Positions 29,213 to 39,381 of a DNA stretch of 64,000 nt are shown here, piece by piece. Position 1 is the stretch's first letter. Each line of letters begins with the position of its first letter. This DNA is from a virus, in IMG/VR virus record IMGVR_UViG_3300046779_001735, positions 32,001-96,000 of that record. One strand, given 5' to 3'. A program made the translations under genes and the position numbers. Under the pieces are notes generated by a model. That model was not told the origin of the DNA and did not search any database. It was given only the letters and a program-made list of their open reading frames with translations.

Positions 29213-31363
29213 ATGCATCAGACTAGCGTGACTGAGCAAAAGTCAGTTGACATGCTTTTGCTCAGTGTGCCTTATTCCGAAATGAGTTATCCTCCGTGTG
29301 GACCTGCTGTGCTTAAAGGCATAGCGCAGTCTCATGGTTTTAATGTTGTCACATGGGATCTTGCAGTTGACTTTGATCAATTTATGGATCAATATCCGCA
29401 TATTGATCGCGTGGAAGTGATGTCAACTTGGGTTACAGCGTTTGATCATACACATCGTCATTTTCACACTATAGAAAAATTTTATCAGTATTGCATTGAA
29501 AAGGTTGTTAAGATTGACTGTAGATACCTTGGTGTGAGTGTATTCAGCGGACATCAGCACAGATTTACTTTTGACTTTTGTCAGCGTTTAAAAAACTTTA
29601 CTTCAAACTATCATGTAGTGTTAGGGGGCAAAGGATGCAGTGTACATCATAATGTTGCAATAAAGAATCTAATTAAGCCAACAGAAAAATATCTTGAGTT
29701 CTATCAAATAATGCAACGTCGTAAATTAGTACATCAGGTGGTAATAGGTGATGCTGAAGATGCCATTGTTGATCTACTTTCTGGCAAATTAGATGCTGAC
29801 GATACTTCTCGAAAGCAGCCATTGGTGCCTGATTTATCATATCCTTTTTCAAATTTTGACGACTACGACTTTGATTTTTATGGCAATGCTGAAATAGGAT
29901 TCAGGCAACTACCTGTAGTAAGCAGTAAAGGGTGTGTGCGTAGTTGTGATTTTTGCGACGTGGGTGCGCATTTTGTTAAGTTTCAAAGTAAAAACGGTGT
30001 ACGGCTAGCCGAAGAAATGATATATTTGCGCAACAGGTATAATGTTTTCAGTTTTGCTTTACAAGATAGTATTGCAAATGGCAACATGAAAAGTCTTAGA
30101 GAGATGTGCAATCATCTTGCTGAATACAATAAAAACAGACCTAAAGATCAACACATACGTTGGGCTGGTAATTGGATAGCTAGGCCAACTAACACTATCA
30201 AGCCTGTTTTTTTTGATTTGTTAGCAGCATCAGGGTGCGAGTCTCTTGTAATTGGTGCTGAGTCAGGCAGCAACCGTGTGCTAGAATTCATGCAAAAAAA
30301 GACCACTGTAGAAGGCTTGTTCTACGAACTTGAACAAATGGATCGCTGTGGCATACAGGTACAAGTCAACACAATTGTAGGCCACTGGAGTGAACTATAC
30401 GAAGATTTTGTTGATAGTGTAGACATGATCCTCAAATTAGCACAGTATCATGCCAAAGGCACCGTCACAGGATTGATTAGTAACTCAGGATTTATGGTAT
30501 TAGAAAACACTCCTGCTAGCCGTTACCCATACAGCGGTATACACAAAGAAACAGGAGACTGGGTAATGCTGTGGTACAGCGACAAAAATCCCAGCTTCAC
30601 AGCTAGAGCTCGTTTTGCTAGGCTATATACCACGTGGAAGATTTACAAATTGTTGCATATTTCTGCGTTTAATGCCAACGAGACTCTTACTCCTGTGATT
30701 GAAGGCATGATTGATTTACGCGACCAATGGGCAGACTTTTATGAACCCTTGTTGCCAGCTGATTACAAAGTGTGCGAACAGTCAGTGGCACTCCTGGATC
30801 AAGTGGATAACTTTTTGCATGATAGATTACAAAAACTTTTTCCAAGCACAGAAGTTACATTTACAGTTGAATCTAACTCGTGTAACGGAGATCCAAGATT
30901 TTTTGTACGGTACAATAACAAAGTGATCTATGAAAACCTGCTGACACACGGCAAACACATTGTGACTTTACATCTAGACTATGATTATGATCGTGAGAAT
31001 CATTTTATAGAATTTGGCATGAATAACAAACAACCAGGTCAAGACACCGAAGTTGATCAAGATGGTAACATCATAGCAGACAAACGCATACTGGTAGAGT
31101 CACTAGTGATTGACGGTATAGATATCTGCGAGAATATTGATCTTTATTATCACCATAGTGAATACAGAGATCAAGGACAACTACAATCAATAGCAGCACC
31201 CGGATTTTACTCTAATGCTAGCATTGGTTGGAAATTTCAAGCACCGTTTTGGCGAAAGGTATTACAACATCGAACAGATGTTTTTTCACACGAATATGGT
31301 GCTAATAGAACCGATAGACTTCTTGAGCAGATGCGGCAAGAAATACAATTGCTAAAGTATTGA
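29213..31363 (+). CDS. Cobalamin-binding radical SAM enzyme (class B methyltransferase-like) with an extra C-terminal domain
   Basis: N-terminal PPCGPAVLK...VVLGG...GDAE; SKGCVRSCDFC; IGAESGS..VL..M.K. Confidence 0.85.
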   Translation: MHQTSVTEQKSVDMLLLSVPYSEMSYPPCGPAVLKGIAQSHGFNVVTWDLAVDFDQFMDQYPHIDRVEVMSTWVTAFDHTHRHFHTIEKFYQYCIEKVVKIDCRYLGVSVFSGHQHRFTFDFCQRLKNFTSNYHVVLGGKGCSVHHNVAIKNLIKPTEKYLEFYQIMQRRKLVHQVVIGDAEDAIVDLLSGKLDADDTSRKQPLVPDLSYPFSNFDDYDFDFYGNAEIGFRQLPVVSSKGCVRSCDFCDVGAHFVKFQSKNGVRLAEEMIYLRNRYNVFSFALQDSIANGNMKSLREMCNHLAEYNKNRPKDQHIRWAGNWIARPTNTIKPVFFDLLAASGCESLVIGAESGSNRVLEFMQKKTTVEGLFYELEQMDRCGIQVQVNTIVGHWSELYEDFVDSVDMILKLAQYHAKGTVTGLISNSGFMVLENTPASRYPYSGIHKETGDWVMLWYSDKNPSFTARARFARLYTTWKIYKLLHISAFNANETLTPVIEGMIDLRDQWADFYEPLLPADYKVCEQSVALLDQVDNFLHDRLQKLFPSTEVTFTVESNSCNGDPRFFVRYNNKVIYENLLTHGKHIVTLHLDYDYDRENHFIEFGMNNKQPGQDTEVDQDGNIIADKRILVESLVIDGIDICENIDLYYHHSEYRDQGQLQSIAAPGFYSNASIGWKFQAPFWRKVLQHRTDVFSHEYGANRTDRLLEQMRQEIQLLKY

Positions 31364-31388
31364 CAAATTGTAGCATTGATGTTACAAT
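31360..31388 (+). promoter_or_regulatory. sigma70-type promoter
   Basis: TTGACA-17-TACAAT. Confidence 0.75.
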
Positions 31389-31409
31389 CATTATCACAGG
31401 AGAATATAC

Positions 31410-31754
31410 ATGATAGAAGGTAAAGTCTGGGGACAGACAGAACTATTAGAAGCCACCGGAGTCTTGGAGTTTCATAGGATTAAAATCAAAAAAGGCGGAG
31501 TGTGTTCTAAGCACAAACACAAGCACAAATGGAATGGATTCTTTGTAGAGCAAGGCGCCCTGCTGATACGTGTGTGGAAAAACAACTATGATCTAGTTGA
31601 TGAAACAGTGCTTATGGATGGAATGTACACCAAGGTATCACCAGGTGAGTATCATCAGTTTGAAGCACTAGAAGATACAATTGCGTTTGAACTTTACTGG
31701 GCAGAGTTTGATCATGATGATATTGAACGCGAAACTGTGGGATTTACCAAATGA
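31410..31754 (+). CDS. Cupin-domain protein
   Basis: KVWG, CSKHKH..KWNGF.V..G, PGEYHQF. Confidence 0.8.
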   Translation: MIEGKVWGQTELLEATGVLEFHRIKIKKGGVCSKHKHKHKWNGFFVEQGALLIRVWKNNYDLVDETVLMDGMYTKVSPGEYHQFEALEDTIAFELYWAEFDHDDIERETVGFTK

Positions 31755-32578
31755 AGAAAATTTTAGTTACTGGTTGTTCAGGTTATATTGGCGGACACCT
31801 GGTACAACTGCTGAAAAAAATCACTGACCATGAGATACATGGCATTGATCGCCGTGCACCAGAACATGTGGCTCCGCACCAGTTCCTCCCATTAGACATA
31901 CGACATCTGCGCAATGATTTAATGCCAGAATTTGATTGTGTAATACATCTGGCAGGATCAGTAAACGTAGGTGCTAGTGTGCATGATCCTTGGAAATATT
32001 ATGAAACCAATATTGTAGGTACTCGTAACGTGTTGGATTTACGTAGTAAAAATTTTGTGCTTGCTAGTACAGGAGCAGCCGCAGGGCTTGGCAGTCCCTA
32101 TGGTATTAGCAAGCGTGCAGCAGAAGACATAGTCACACAAGTGTGTAGAGAACGCGAACGCAGTTATACAATATTTAGATTTTATAATGTAATTGGGTCC
32201 GATGGCGTTCCACCTACCAATCCTGATGGGCTCATGATGAACTTGATCAAGGCTCGTGAAACCGGCGAGTTTCAGCTCAACGGCGTTGATTATAATACAC
32301 GGGATGGCACATGTTTGCGAGACTATGTACATGTGAATGAAATCTGTCATGCATTGATTAAAGCCATTGATCAGCCAGCTAATGGTCTAGAGAATCTTGG
32401 GCATGGTGCAGGTATCACTGTGCAGGAAATGATAGACATGTTCAAACGTGTAAACAACTGCGATTTTCAAGTGCGTGTGGGACAGCGTCGTAGTGGTGAT
32501 CTTGAAGCCAGTGTACTAGATAATCCCAGCGATTATTTGCCCAGACTTTACAATCTAGAAGATTTGCTTAAGATCTAA
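31751..32578 (+). CDS. galE: NAD-dependent epimerase (UDP-glucose 4-epimerase-like)
   Basis: TGCSGYIG, YGISK, RFYNV, DGTCLRDYVHV, RRSGD. Confidence 0.85.
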   Translation: MKKILVTGCSGYIGGHLVQLLKKITDHEIHGIDRRAPEHVAPHQFLPLDIRHLRNDLMPEFDCVIHLAGSVNVGASVHDPWKYYETNIVGTRNVLDLRSKNFVLASTGAAAGLGSPYGISKRAAEDIVTQVCRERERSYTIFRFYNVIGSDGVPPTNPDGLMMNLIKARETGEFQLNGVDYNTRDGTCLRDYVHVNEICHALIKAIDQPANGLENLGHGAGITVQEMIDMFKRVNNCDFQVRVGQRRSGDLEASVLDNPSDYLPRLYNLEDLLKI

Positions 32579-32597
32579 ATTCTGCGCCGATACGACT

Positions 32598-32605
32598 TAT
32601 AAATA
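32598..32605 (+). promoter_or_regulatory. T4 late promoter consensus TATAAATA
   Basis: Exact TATAAATA, 8 nt before ATG 32614; no SD. Confidence 0.7.
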
Positions 32606-32613
32606 TCGGCGTT

Positions 32614-33300
32614 ATGAAATCCATTCCTATTTTTATCGGGTTCGATCCCCGTGAAGCAGTGGCATATCATGTGTGCTCAAACAGCATCATACGTCACTCC
32701 AAACATCCAGTATCAATTACCCCTTTGGCATTGAACAATCTTGGTGATTACACCGAGACTCATGCCGACGGTAGCAATCAATTTATCTACAGTAGATTTC
32801 TTGCACCTTTTCTATCTGATTATCAAGGATGGGCGTTGTTTATTGATGGTGACATGCTGCTCCGAGCTGATATTCAAGAACTCTGGAATCTGTGCGACCA
32901 ATCCAAGGCAGTCATGGTGGTCAAACACGATTATCAAACTCGCATGACCGAAAAGTATCTAGGCAGTAAAAATGAAAATTATCCAAGAAAAAACTGGAGC
33001 AGCGTGATATTATGGAACTGTGCACACCCAAAAAATCTTGTGCTCACCCCTCGTTGGATCCAGAATGCCACAGGGGCTCAATTACACAGATTTACCTGGC
33101 TAGATGACAGTGATATAGGCGAGCTACCACGAGAATGGAATTGGCTGCCAGATGAATACGGGGCCAATCCTGATGCTAAGTTATTGCACTACACGTTGGG
33201 CACACCATGCTTTCATGATTTCGCTCTGACTCCCATGGCAGATGAGTGGCATCGTGAGCGAATCTACACAGATTACAGCACCCAGCGAGGTCTAGATTAA
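32614..33300 (+). CDS. GT-A fold glycosyltransferase (GT8-like)
   Basis: IFIGFDPRE, FIYSRFL, FIDGDML, YPRKNWSS, EWNWL, LHYTLGTP. Confidence 0.8.
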   Translation: MKSIPIFIGFDPREAVAYHVCSNSIIRHSKHPVSITPLALNNLGDYTETHADGSNQFIYSRFLAPFLSDYQGWALFIDGDMLLRADIQELWNLCDQSKAVMVVKHDYQTRMTEKYLGSKNENYPRKNWSSVILWNCAHPKNLVLTPRWIQNATGAQLHRFTWLDDSDIGELPREWNWLPDEYGANPDAKLLHYTLGTPCFHDFALTPMADEWHRERIYTDYSTQRGLD

Positions 33301-33301
33301 T

Positions 33302-34948
33302 ATGTGGAAAGTGTACATTGGATGGGATCCGGCACAACAAGAAGCAGCAGAAGTTTGTAGATACACACTGTTAAAACACAGCACTATTCCTTTGCAGGTT
33401 AGTTTTTTAAGATTAAAAGATCTTCAAGAGCAAAAAATAATTTGGGCAAAAGATTTAGAAGCTACCACAGAAACCACACTCTCTAGATTTCTTGTGCCGC
33501 ACCTAAGCCAATATCAGGGCTGGAGTTTGTATGTTGATCCTGACTATGTGTTTATGGGTGATGTAAGAGAACTGTTTCAAAGCATGGAGTCTAGATATGC
33601 TTGTTCAGTAGTAAAGGTACAGTACAAACCTCAACAAGAAACCAAACTAGACGGACGAACACAGGTCACATATCCAAGAAAGTGCTGGAGTAGTTTGATT
33701 TTATATAATAATTCACATGGAAAAATCAAGAGCCTTACTCCAGAATTTGTGAACCAATCCAAGCCAAGTTTCCTACATAGATTTGACTGGATAGCAGGCA
33801 ACGAACTTGGTGGATTAAATCTTGAATGGCAAGTGATTCCTGGGTACGCAGATGCCAGCATAGAAACATCCAAGATTAAAGCTCTACATTTTACCGCCGG
33901 CGGCCCTTGGCACCCACAAGCACGCAGTGTTGAATATGGGTGGTATTATAGTGAAGCACTTAATCAATTCAAACAGAGTCAGCAACTGCAACCTCCTCCC
34001 AAGTTGTTTGATGCATTGCCTCAATCAGTAACAGATGTATTCAACAAAATCATAAACTACAGACATGACCCTGCAGGTCATTATTATAAAGATTCAAGTT
34101 ACGAGCAAATAATCAAGGACTTAGCTATGTTAGACAACAAAGCCTGCGTAGCAGTTGAAGCCGATACTGAAGATGAAGCCAGCGACAAGCTAGAAGCCAA
34201 AGGACAAAACTATGATCCATTTCTAAAAAGTTTTATCATTGGATCTGGTGGACAAATTTCAGTATGGGATAAAACTAGCGAAAGCAAGGCGCCAGTGGTA
34301 GTACGAGGTGTGACCAAGCGCAAACAAATGGATGCTTGTAGAAAATCCGGACGAGATTTTTACTATATTGACACAGGGTATTTTGGTAATGGCAGAAAGA
34401 AAACCTATCACCGTGTTACCAAAAATAACATGCAGTATCTTGGAGAAGTCAAGCATCGGCCTAGAGATAGACTGTCAGCAACTGGTTGGCAAGTACGTAA
34501 ATTTCGGCCAGGAGCAAATATATTATTGGCACCACCAAGTCAAAAATTGCTGATGTGCTATGACATTGATCTAGATAAATGGCTAGAAGAAACAGTTGCA
34601 CAAATGAAGTTGTTTACTGACCGTGAGATAATCATTAGAAACAAAGCCAGTCGCAGTGTAAGACAAAGTACTGATACTATGGAAATGGCTCTAGAGAGAA
34701 ATGTTCATTGTTTAGTGACATTTAGTTCTATAGCTGCAATAGAAGCCATCTGTCTGGGCAAGCCAGCGATAGTGCTTGGTCCCAGTGCCGCAGCCCCAGT
34801 GTGTAGTCGGGCAGTCAAAGACATTGAAAATCCTTTCATTCCCACACTTGATGAAGTAGAGGAATGGTTAGCACATCTAGCTTACTGTCAATTCACAGAG
34901 GCTGAGATGCGCGACGGTACGGCCTGGCGGATTCTCAATGACAATTGA
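33302..34948 (+). CDS. Fusion: GT8-like glycosyltransferase plus KpsS/KpsC-like (capsule-synthesis) domain
   Basis: N-half paralogous to 32614 (YIGWD, SRFLVP, YPRKCWSS, HFTAGGPW); C-half YIDTGYFG...VTFSSIAAIEA...W..HLAYCQF. Confidence 0.7.
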   Translation: MWKVYIGWDPAQQEAAEVCRYTLLKHSTIPLQVSFLRLKDLQEQKIIWAKDLEATTETTLSRFLVPHLSQYQGWSLYVDPDYVFMGDVRELFQSMESRYACSVVKVQYKPQQETKLDGRTQVTYPRKCWSSLILYNNSHGKIKSLTPEFVNQSKPSFLHRFDWIAGNELGGLNLEWQVIPGYADASIETSKIKALHFTAGGPWHPQARSVEYGWYYSEALNQFKQSQQLQPPPKLFDALPQSVTDVFNKIINYRHDPAGHYYKDSSYEQIIKDLAMLDNKACVAVEADTEDEASDKLEAKGQNYDPFLKSFIIGSGGQISVWDKTSESKAPVVVRGVTKRKQMDACRKSGRDFYYIDTGYFGNGRKKTYHRVTKNNMQYLGEVKHRPRDRLSATGWQVRKFRPGANILLAPPSQKLLMCYDIDLDKWLEETVAQMKLFTDREIIIRNKASRSVRQSTDTMEMALERNVHCLVTFSSIAAIEAICLGKPAIVLGPSAAAPVCSRAVKDIENPFIPTLDEVEEWLAHLAYCQFTEAEMRDGTAWRILNDN

Positions 34949-35837
34949 TGTTGTAGTTTATTTCAGTAGTCTGCAAAAACAAACACCCAGTCGCAAGATT
35001 GATGTGTTGCAGGCCTTTGCTGACGGCGCTCGAAGTCAAGGTGCATCAGTGGTGATAGAGAAAAGCTACAATATCAAACCGGCTAGGTTGGCTGTGATAT
35101 TGGGTTGGCCTAGTCCATTGCAAGATGGACCCAACATACGTCTTAGACATGCTGTGGTAAAAGAACAAAAAAGAACAAATAATCATGTCATGGCCATTGA
35201 TGCGAGTACATTTAAGTTTCATGACAGCACCGGCAAGTACCTACGCTATAGCTTAAATGGCGTGTTTTATGACACAGCAGAATACGCTAACCGTAATAGT
35301 GATGCTGCAAGATGGCTTACTATTAGTAAAGACCTAGGTCTACAACTTCAACCCTGGCGTTCAGGTGGTAATTATGTGCTGCTATTGATGCAGCGTGATG
35401 GCGGCTGGAGTATGAAAGGCCTTAATCCTATAGAATGGACACGCAACAAAATAGCCGATCTACGTCGCGTGACAGATTTACCTATCCTAGTAAGACCCCA
35501 TCCTGGTAAAAAAATTGATTTATCCGACCTTGCGAATCTCAATGTCATGATCAGTCCCAGCAAAATCAGATCATTAAATGATGACCTAGCTGATGCACAA
35601 TCAGCCTGCGTGTTTAATTCCAGTTCAGGAGTAGCATCTATTCTAGCAGGAGTTCCTTTGTTAGTTGATGATCGCAGCTCGGTTTGCTGGGACGTTTCTC
35701 ATCATGGCCTAGACGAACTAGCAGAGCCACGTTGGTTCCCTAGAGAACAGTGGATTTATGACCTAGCTGCATGCCACTGGAGCGACGAAGAAAGCCGTCG
35801 CGGGCTTGTATTCAACAAATTTTTGCCCTTCCTATAA
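34938..35837 (+). CDS. KpsS/KpsC-like capsule-synthesis-domain glycosyltransferase
   Basis: LMQRDG, VRPHP, FNSSSGVASILAGVP. Confidence 0.6.
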   Translation: MTIDVVVYFSSLQKQTPSRKIDVLQAFADGARSQGASVVIEKSYNIKPARLAVILGWPSPLQDGPNIRLRHAVVKEQKRTNNHVMAIDASTFKFHDSTGKYLRYSLNGVFYDTAEYANRNSDAARWLTISKDLGLQLQPWRSGGNYVLLLMQRDGGWSMKGLNPIEWTRNKIADLRRVTDLPILVRPHPGKKIDLSDLANLNVMISPSKIRSLNDDLADAQSACVFNSSSGVASILAGVPLLVDDRSSVCWDVSHHGLDELAEPRWFPREQWIYDLAACHWSDEESRRGLVFNKFLPFL

Positions 35838-35840
35838 ATA
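35833..35840 (+). promoter_or_regulatory. T4 late promoter consensus TATAAATA
   Basis: Exact TATAAATA overlapping a stop codon. Confidence 0.65.
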
Positions 35841-35892
35841 CCCTTGGGACGCAAGATCCCTATAACAATAATAATAAAAGGGAAAATGAGAA

Positions 35893-36675
35893 GTGGATCC
35901 ACTCACACTATTTGCACTGGCAAATGGTGCTGTCAAGCTTGTAAAAGAAGGATGTAAACTTTACAAGGACATCAAGGGAGCAGCCGGCGACATCAAGGAT
36001 GTTCTGCAGGATCTTGACGACCAATTCAATAAAAAATACAAAGATCACCCACCTACAGTAGCTGAACGTAATCAGTATGTTCAAGAAAAAAATCGCATCA
36101 TTGAACTCAACAAAAAAGATGGCGAAACTGTCAACATCTATCAAGAAATTGGCGATCAACTAGGCGCATACTTTGACAACTATTACAAGTGCATGGCGAT
36201 CTTTGAAGAGGAAGAACGTCGAGCTCATACCGAAGTATATGTAGGTGAAGACAGCATAGGTAAACGTGCTTTAAAACGTGTGCTGATGAAAAAGCAACTC
36301 ATACAAATGCAAGCCGAGCTTCGTGAAATTATGGTGTATCAAAGTCCTCCTGAACTAGGAGCACTTTATACAGAAGTAGAAGAAATGATGAAAGAGATGG
36401 GCAAAGAACAGGTAGTGTTAATTGCCGAGAAGATGCAAAAAGAAAGAGCAGCACTGATTGCCCGACGCCGTAGAATCAATCGTATACGATGCGATGCATG
36501 GAAATGGGGATTAACTTTGTTATTTGCAGGGTATATTGTTTGGTTGGCCTGGGCAGTGGTTCAAATACGTATTGAAGCGCGGCCTGAACTAGGAAGGTGT
36601 CTATTGCCCAAAGGCACTTTGTTTTATGAAAAATATAATAACCTTAAATGGATTGATTGCGAAATAAATGATTGA
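35893..36675 (+). CDS. Coiled-coil protein with one C-proximal transmembrane helix
   Basis: 260 aa; hydrophobic WGLTLLFAGYIVWLAWAVV segment. Confidence 0.65.
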   Translation: MDPLTLFALANGAVKLVKEGCKLYKDIKGAAGDIKDVLQDLDDQFNKKYKDHPPTVAERNQYVQEKNRIIELNKKDGETVNIYQEIGDQLGAYFDNYYKCMAIFEEEERRAHTEVYVGEDSIGKRALKRVLMKKQLIQMQAELREIMVYQSPPELGALYTEVEEMMKEMGKEQVVLIAEKMQKERAALIARRRRINRIRCDAWKWGLTLLFAGYIVWLAWAVVQIRIEARPELGRCLLPKGTLFYEKYNNLKWIDCEIND

Positions 36676-36865
36676 CGAACCAATAAAACCAAAAAAAGCC
36701 AAAAAAAAACTTGCTGTACCACCGGAGTTTCTTGAAAGTGCCAAGAGTTACGATGATAAACTCGTATTGGTCAAATACCTAGCAGAAAAAGAAAAAGGTC
36801 GATTTATGCTGTTGGTAAAAAAAATGTTGGAACCTGAACCTCCAAAAAAGCCTCCTAGGTCTTAG
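36668..36865 (+). CDS. Small basic hypothetical protein
   Basis: 65 aa ORF overlapping the upstream stop. Confidence 0.45.
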   Translation: MIDEPIKPKKAKKKLAVPPEFLESAKSYDDKLVLVKYLAEKEKGRFMLLVKKMLEPEPPKKPPRS

Positions 36866-37523
36866 GAGCTTTCAGCGTCCACCACGCCACAGCGGCATCA
36901 GCTTTTTTATACTGTGATACAAAATCATAGGTAATTTGCCACTCATCTGGATGCTGATAGTTACCTCGTATCAATGGCATGTGAGTTCTCACAGTATAGG
37001 CACGAGTTTCAGGAAGCATTAACAATCTAAATGTTCTATTGCCGCTTTTGAGTTTTTTTAGATTTTGACTTTCCCACAGCGGGGCATCAGTGGGTGATAT
37101 CTTTGCTCTATTGGCACAGATAACAAAATCTTGCACTTTGGGAAAGCCTTGTGCAGGAATACGGTTATAGTTTTCTGCAAAGTCTGTGACCAACTCCATG
37201 CCAATGTATGCAAGATCATTTTCGTTGTTGACAATCATTGACATTTCTTTTAAGATAACATCAACTGCGGCATCGCTGAGCCAGACATCAGTGCGCATTT
37301 TGATTATGTGCTTTTCTGTCATACGCGACAGAGCTTGATAGAAATCCCAAACTTGTATTACACCTGCCAAGTCGCTGGGACAATTTCTTGACCATGCTTT
37401 ATTCCAGGTATAATCATAGATTTGTATAGGCCAGTTTTCTCTTAACCGGTTCCATAATTTTTCATGATTTACACGACCAATGTCTGAGAATCTTGGTTCA
37501 CCAATATAAAATATACCTATCAT
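36855..37523 (-). CDS. Putative glycosyltransferase-like protein (R-T-D motif), paralog of 37520-38362
   Basis: MIGIFYIGEPR, GVIQVWDF, IKMRTDVW, VQDFVI, SGN; ATGA overlap places the start at 37523. Confidence 0.5.
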   Translation of the reverse strand: MIGIFYIGEPRFSDIGRVNHEKLWNRLRENWPIQIYDYTWNKAWSRNCPSDLAGVIQVWDFYQALSRMTEKHIIKMRTDVWLSDAAVDVILKEMSMIVNNENDLAYIGMELVTDFAENYNRIPAQGFPKVQDFVICANRAKISPTDAPLWESQNLKKLKSGNRTFRLLMLPETRAYTVRTHMPLIRGNYQHPDEWQITYDFVSQYKKADAAVAWWTLKAPKT

Positions 37524-38362
37524 AATTTTTGCCAATCCCACCATTCATCAACTGTTATGTCTTTTGGCGCCCACTGTTGTTGTGATCGCCACCAATTCAC
37601 AGCATCCTGCATGGGATGCGGAATTGCTAGGTTTTTCTTGCCAGCTTTTGCTTTGTCGTCAACAATATAACTTTGGATGTAATCTCTCACAACAATGTTG
37701 TTATCTGGATATTCTTCATAGGTTTGTCGAACAAGCCAGATCTGACACAGGATTCTATGTGCTCTACTAACTTGATCTAGTCCATCCATCTTTAAAATGT
37801 ATCTAAAAAGTTTATTTCCGCTGCGGCGTTTGTTAGGGTTTAACAAATCAATATCAGTTATCACGGTGTTAAAATCTTTGAGACCATCGCGACGAGCTGC
37901 AATCACAAAATCTTGCACGTGGTGGTCGCGATGAATGTTTACTGGTAATTTTAAATTAATCATTCCAATAGCTTCGTTGAGCCAGTCACTGCCAAAATAT
38001 GCAACGTCAGTTTTGTTGTTTAACAACAGTTGTATTTCATCACAGATTACCTTTACACTTGATTCAGTAAACCAAAGATCCGTTCTCAATCTAATCACAA
38101 CGGGTTCTTGAGTGCGTTCTACACCACGCATAAAGTCCCAGACTTGCACAGCACCACCAAATCCACGGCGGTATTTGTTGTCTGGATCGGCTTGTCTGTG
38201 TGGAGGATCATAAGGACATTGTGTACGCTCAGGATCATCTCGTGTGAATCTATACACATTGACTTCGCAGAATTGACTCAGCTGATCAATCAGTAGTTTG
38301 TGATTGGCAGCAGCTATGTCTTGATTGTGACGAACGTCGCCTGTGTAAAATACTGCTATCAC
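37520..38362 (-). CDS. Putative glycosyltransferase-like protein (R-T-D motif)
   Basis: MIAVFYTGDVR, GAVQVWDF, IRLRTDLW, VQDFVI, SGN. Confidence 0.5.
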   Translation of the reverse strand: MIAVFYTGDVRHNQDIAAANHKLLIDQLSQFCEVNVYRFTRDDPERTQCPYDPPHRQADPDNKYRRGFGGAVQVWDFMRGVERTQEPVVIRLRTDLWFTESSVKVICDEIQLLLNNKTDVAYFGSDWLNEAIGMINLKLPVNIHRDHHVQDFVIAARRDGLKDFNTVITDIDLLNPNKRRSGNKLFRYILKMDGLDQVSRAHRILCQIWLVRQTYEEYPDNNIVVRDYIQSYIVDDKAKAGKKNLAIPHPMQDAVNWWRSQQQWAPKDITVDEWWDWQKL

Positions 38363-39381
38363 AAAAAATCTCCTATGGTATCACTGTCTCGTGGTATGTT
38401 CACGGCTATGGCTCGTGGATAAGGATTGGCTGTGTTGTAATCGTTAATTAATATACGTTTGACATTCTTCAATCCAGTGATCAAAGTAAAATCTTTAAAC
38501 CCTAATGAGTCAAGCATAGCGTGGATTTCGTCATATCGCTCTGTGGGTCTTGCTGTGGTAAACACAAGCTGTGAACCTTGTGCAACCATGTCTTGTACTA
38601 GTTTGATATTTTTAACTAGCGGCACAGGTGGCTCACCAAATTCTTCTCTAGCCTGCGCATGTACAACAGTTCCATCAATATCACAAAAAATCACAGCCAG
38701 GTCATTGTAAGCGTGCCATTCTTCAGCAGTGCCAACATCAACATATTGGTCAACAAGCTGTGCAGAAAACACATGATCTTGTGCTAAACAATGTTTTATA
38801 ACATGGCTAACAAACACTTCGCCGCTGTGATGGCTCAGCTCATCATAGGCTTGAACAAATGTTGCAGCACTGCTAAATTTGTATCCACCCACACAAAACA
38901 ATTCACTTATAACTTGTTTTTCCGCAATGTCAGTAACGATATCATGTGTGTTGACACGTACAAAACTCTTGCTGGCCAGCCGTTTCAAAACTTCATGTTG
39001 AGCAATGTTGCTGACACATACGTAGTTGCCAGGTGGATTGTCATGGGAAAAGAAGCTATCACAGTCTTTGATTAGTATTTCACTGCCTAGATCAATGTTG
39101 GCTTGTGTAATTATTTCACGTACTGTGTGCGCCGGACCGGTTGTGATTTGTTCTAGGATTACAGGATTGACGTGATCGCTGTATTTTTCTTTGAGGTATC
39201 GCAGCACTGGATAGGATTCAACATGTTGTTTGAGTACGCCAATTGTAACACGATGTTGTCCTACGTATTGCTCAATAGCACGTTCAATCATCATTGCACC
39301 ACTGTGATCAGTCAGGGTGTATTTTGGTCTCATGCCCGGAAAGCGAGTGCTCAACCCAGCAGCTGGTACTATTATTTCCAT
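38359..39381 (-). CDS. Sugar nucleotidyltransferase-like domain fused to a HAD phosphatase
   Basis: IVPAAGLSTRF...PK, TTGPAHT, KDCD, DVGT; then FCDIDGT, FTTAR, LIND. Confidence 0.8.
   Translation of the reverse strand: MEIIVPAAGLSTRFPGMRPKYTLTDHSGAMMIERAIEQYVGQHRVTIGVLKQHVESYPVLRYLKEKYSDHVNPVILEQITTGPAHTVREIITQANIDLGSEILIKDCDSFFSHDNPPGNYVCVSNIAQHEVLKRLASKSFVRVNTHDIVTDIAEKQVISELFCVGGYKFSSAATFVQAYDELSHHSGEVFVSHVIKHCLAQDHVFSAQLVDQYVDVGTAEEWHAYNDLAVIFCDIDGTVVHAQAREEFGEPPVPLVKNIKLVQDMVAQGSQLVFTTARPTERYDEIHAMLDSLGFKDFTLITGLKNVKRILINDYNTANPYPRAIAVNIPRDSDTIGDFL

Noticed and set aside
36691-36709. A7/A9 homopolymer runs as phase-variation or frameshift sites
   Set aside because: They encode an in-frame Lys-rich stretch; no alternative-frame extension evident
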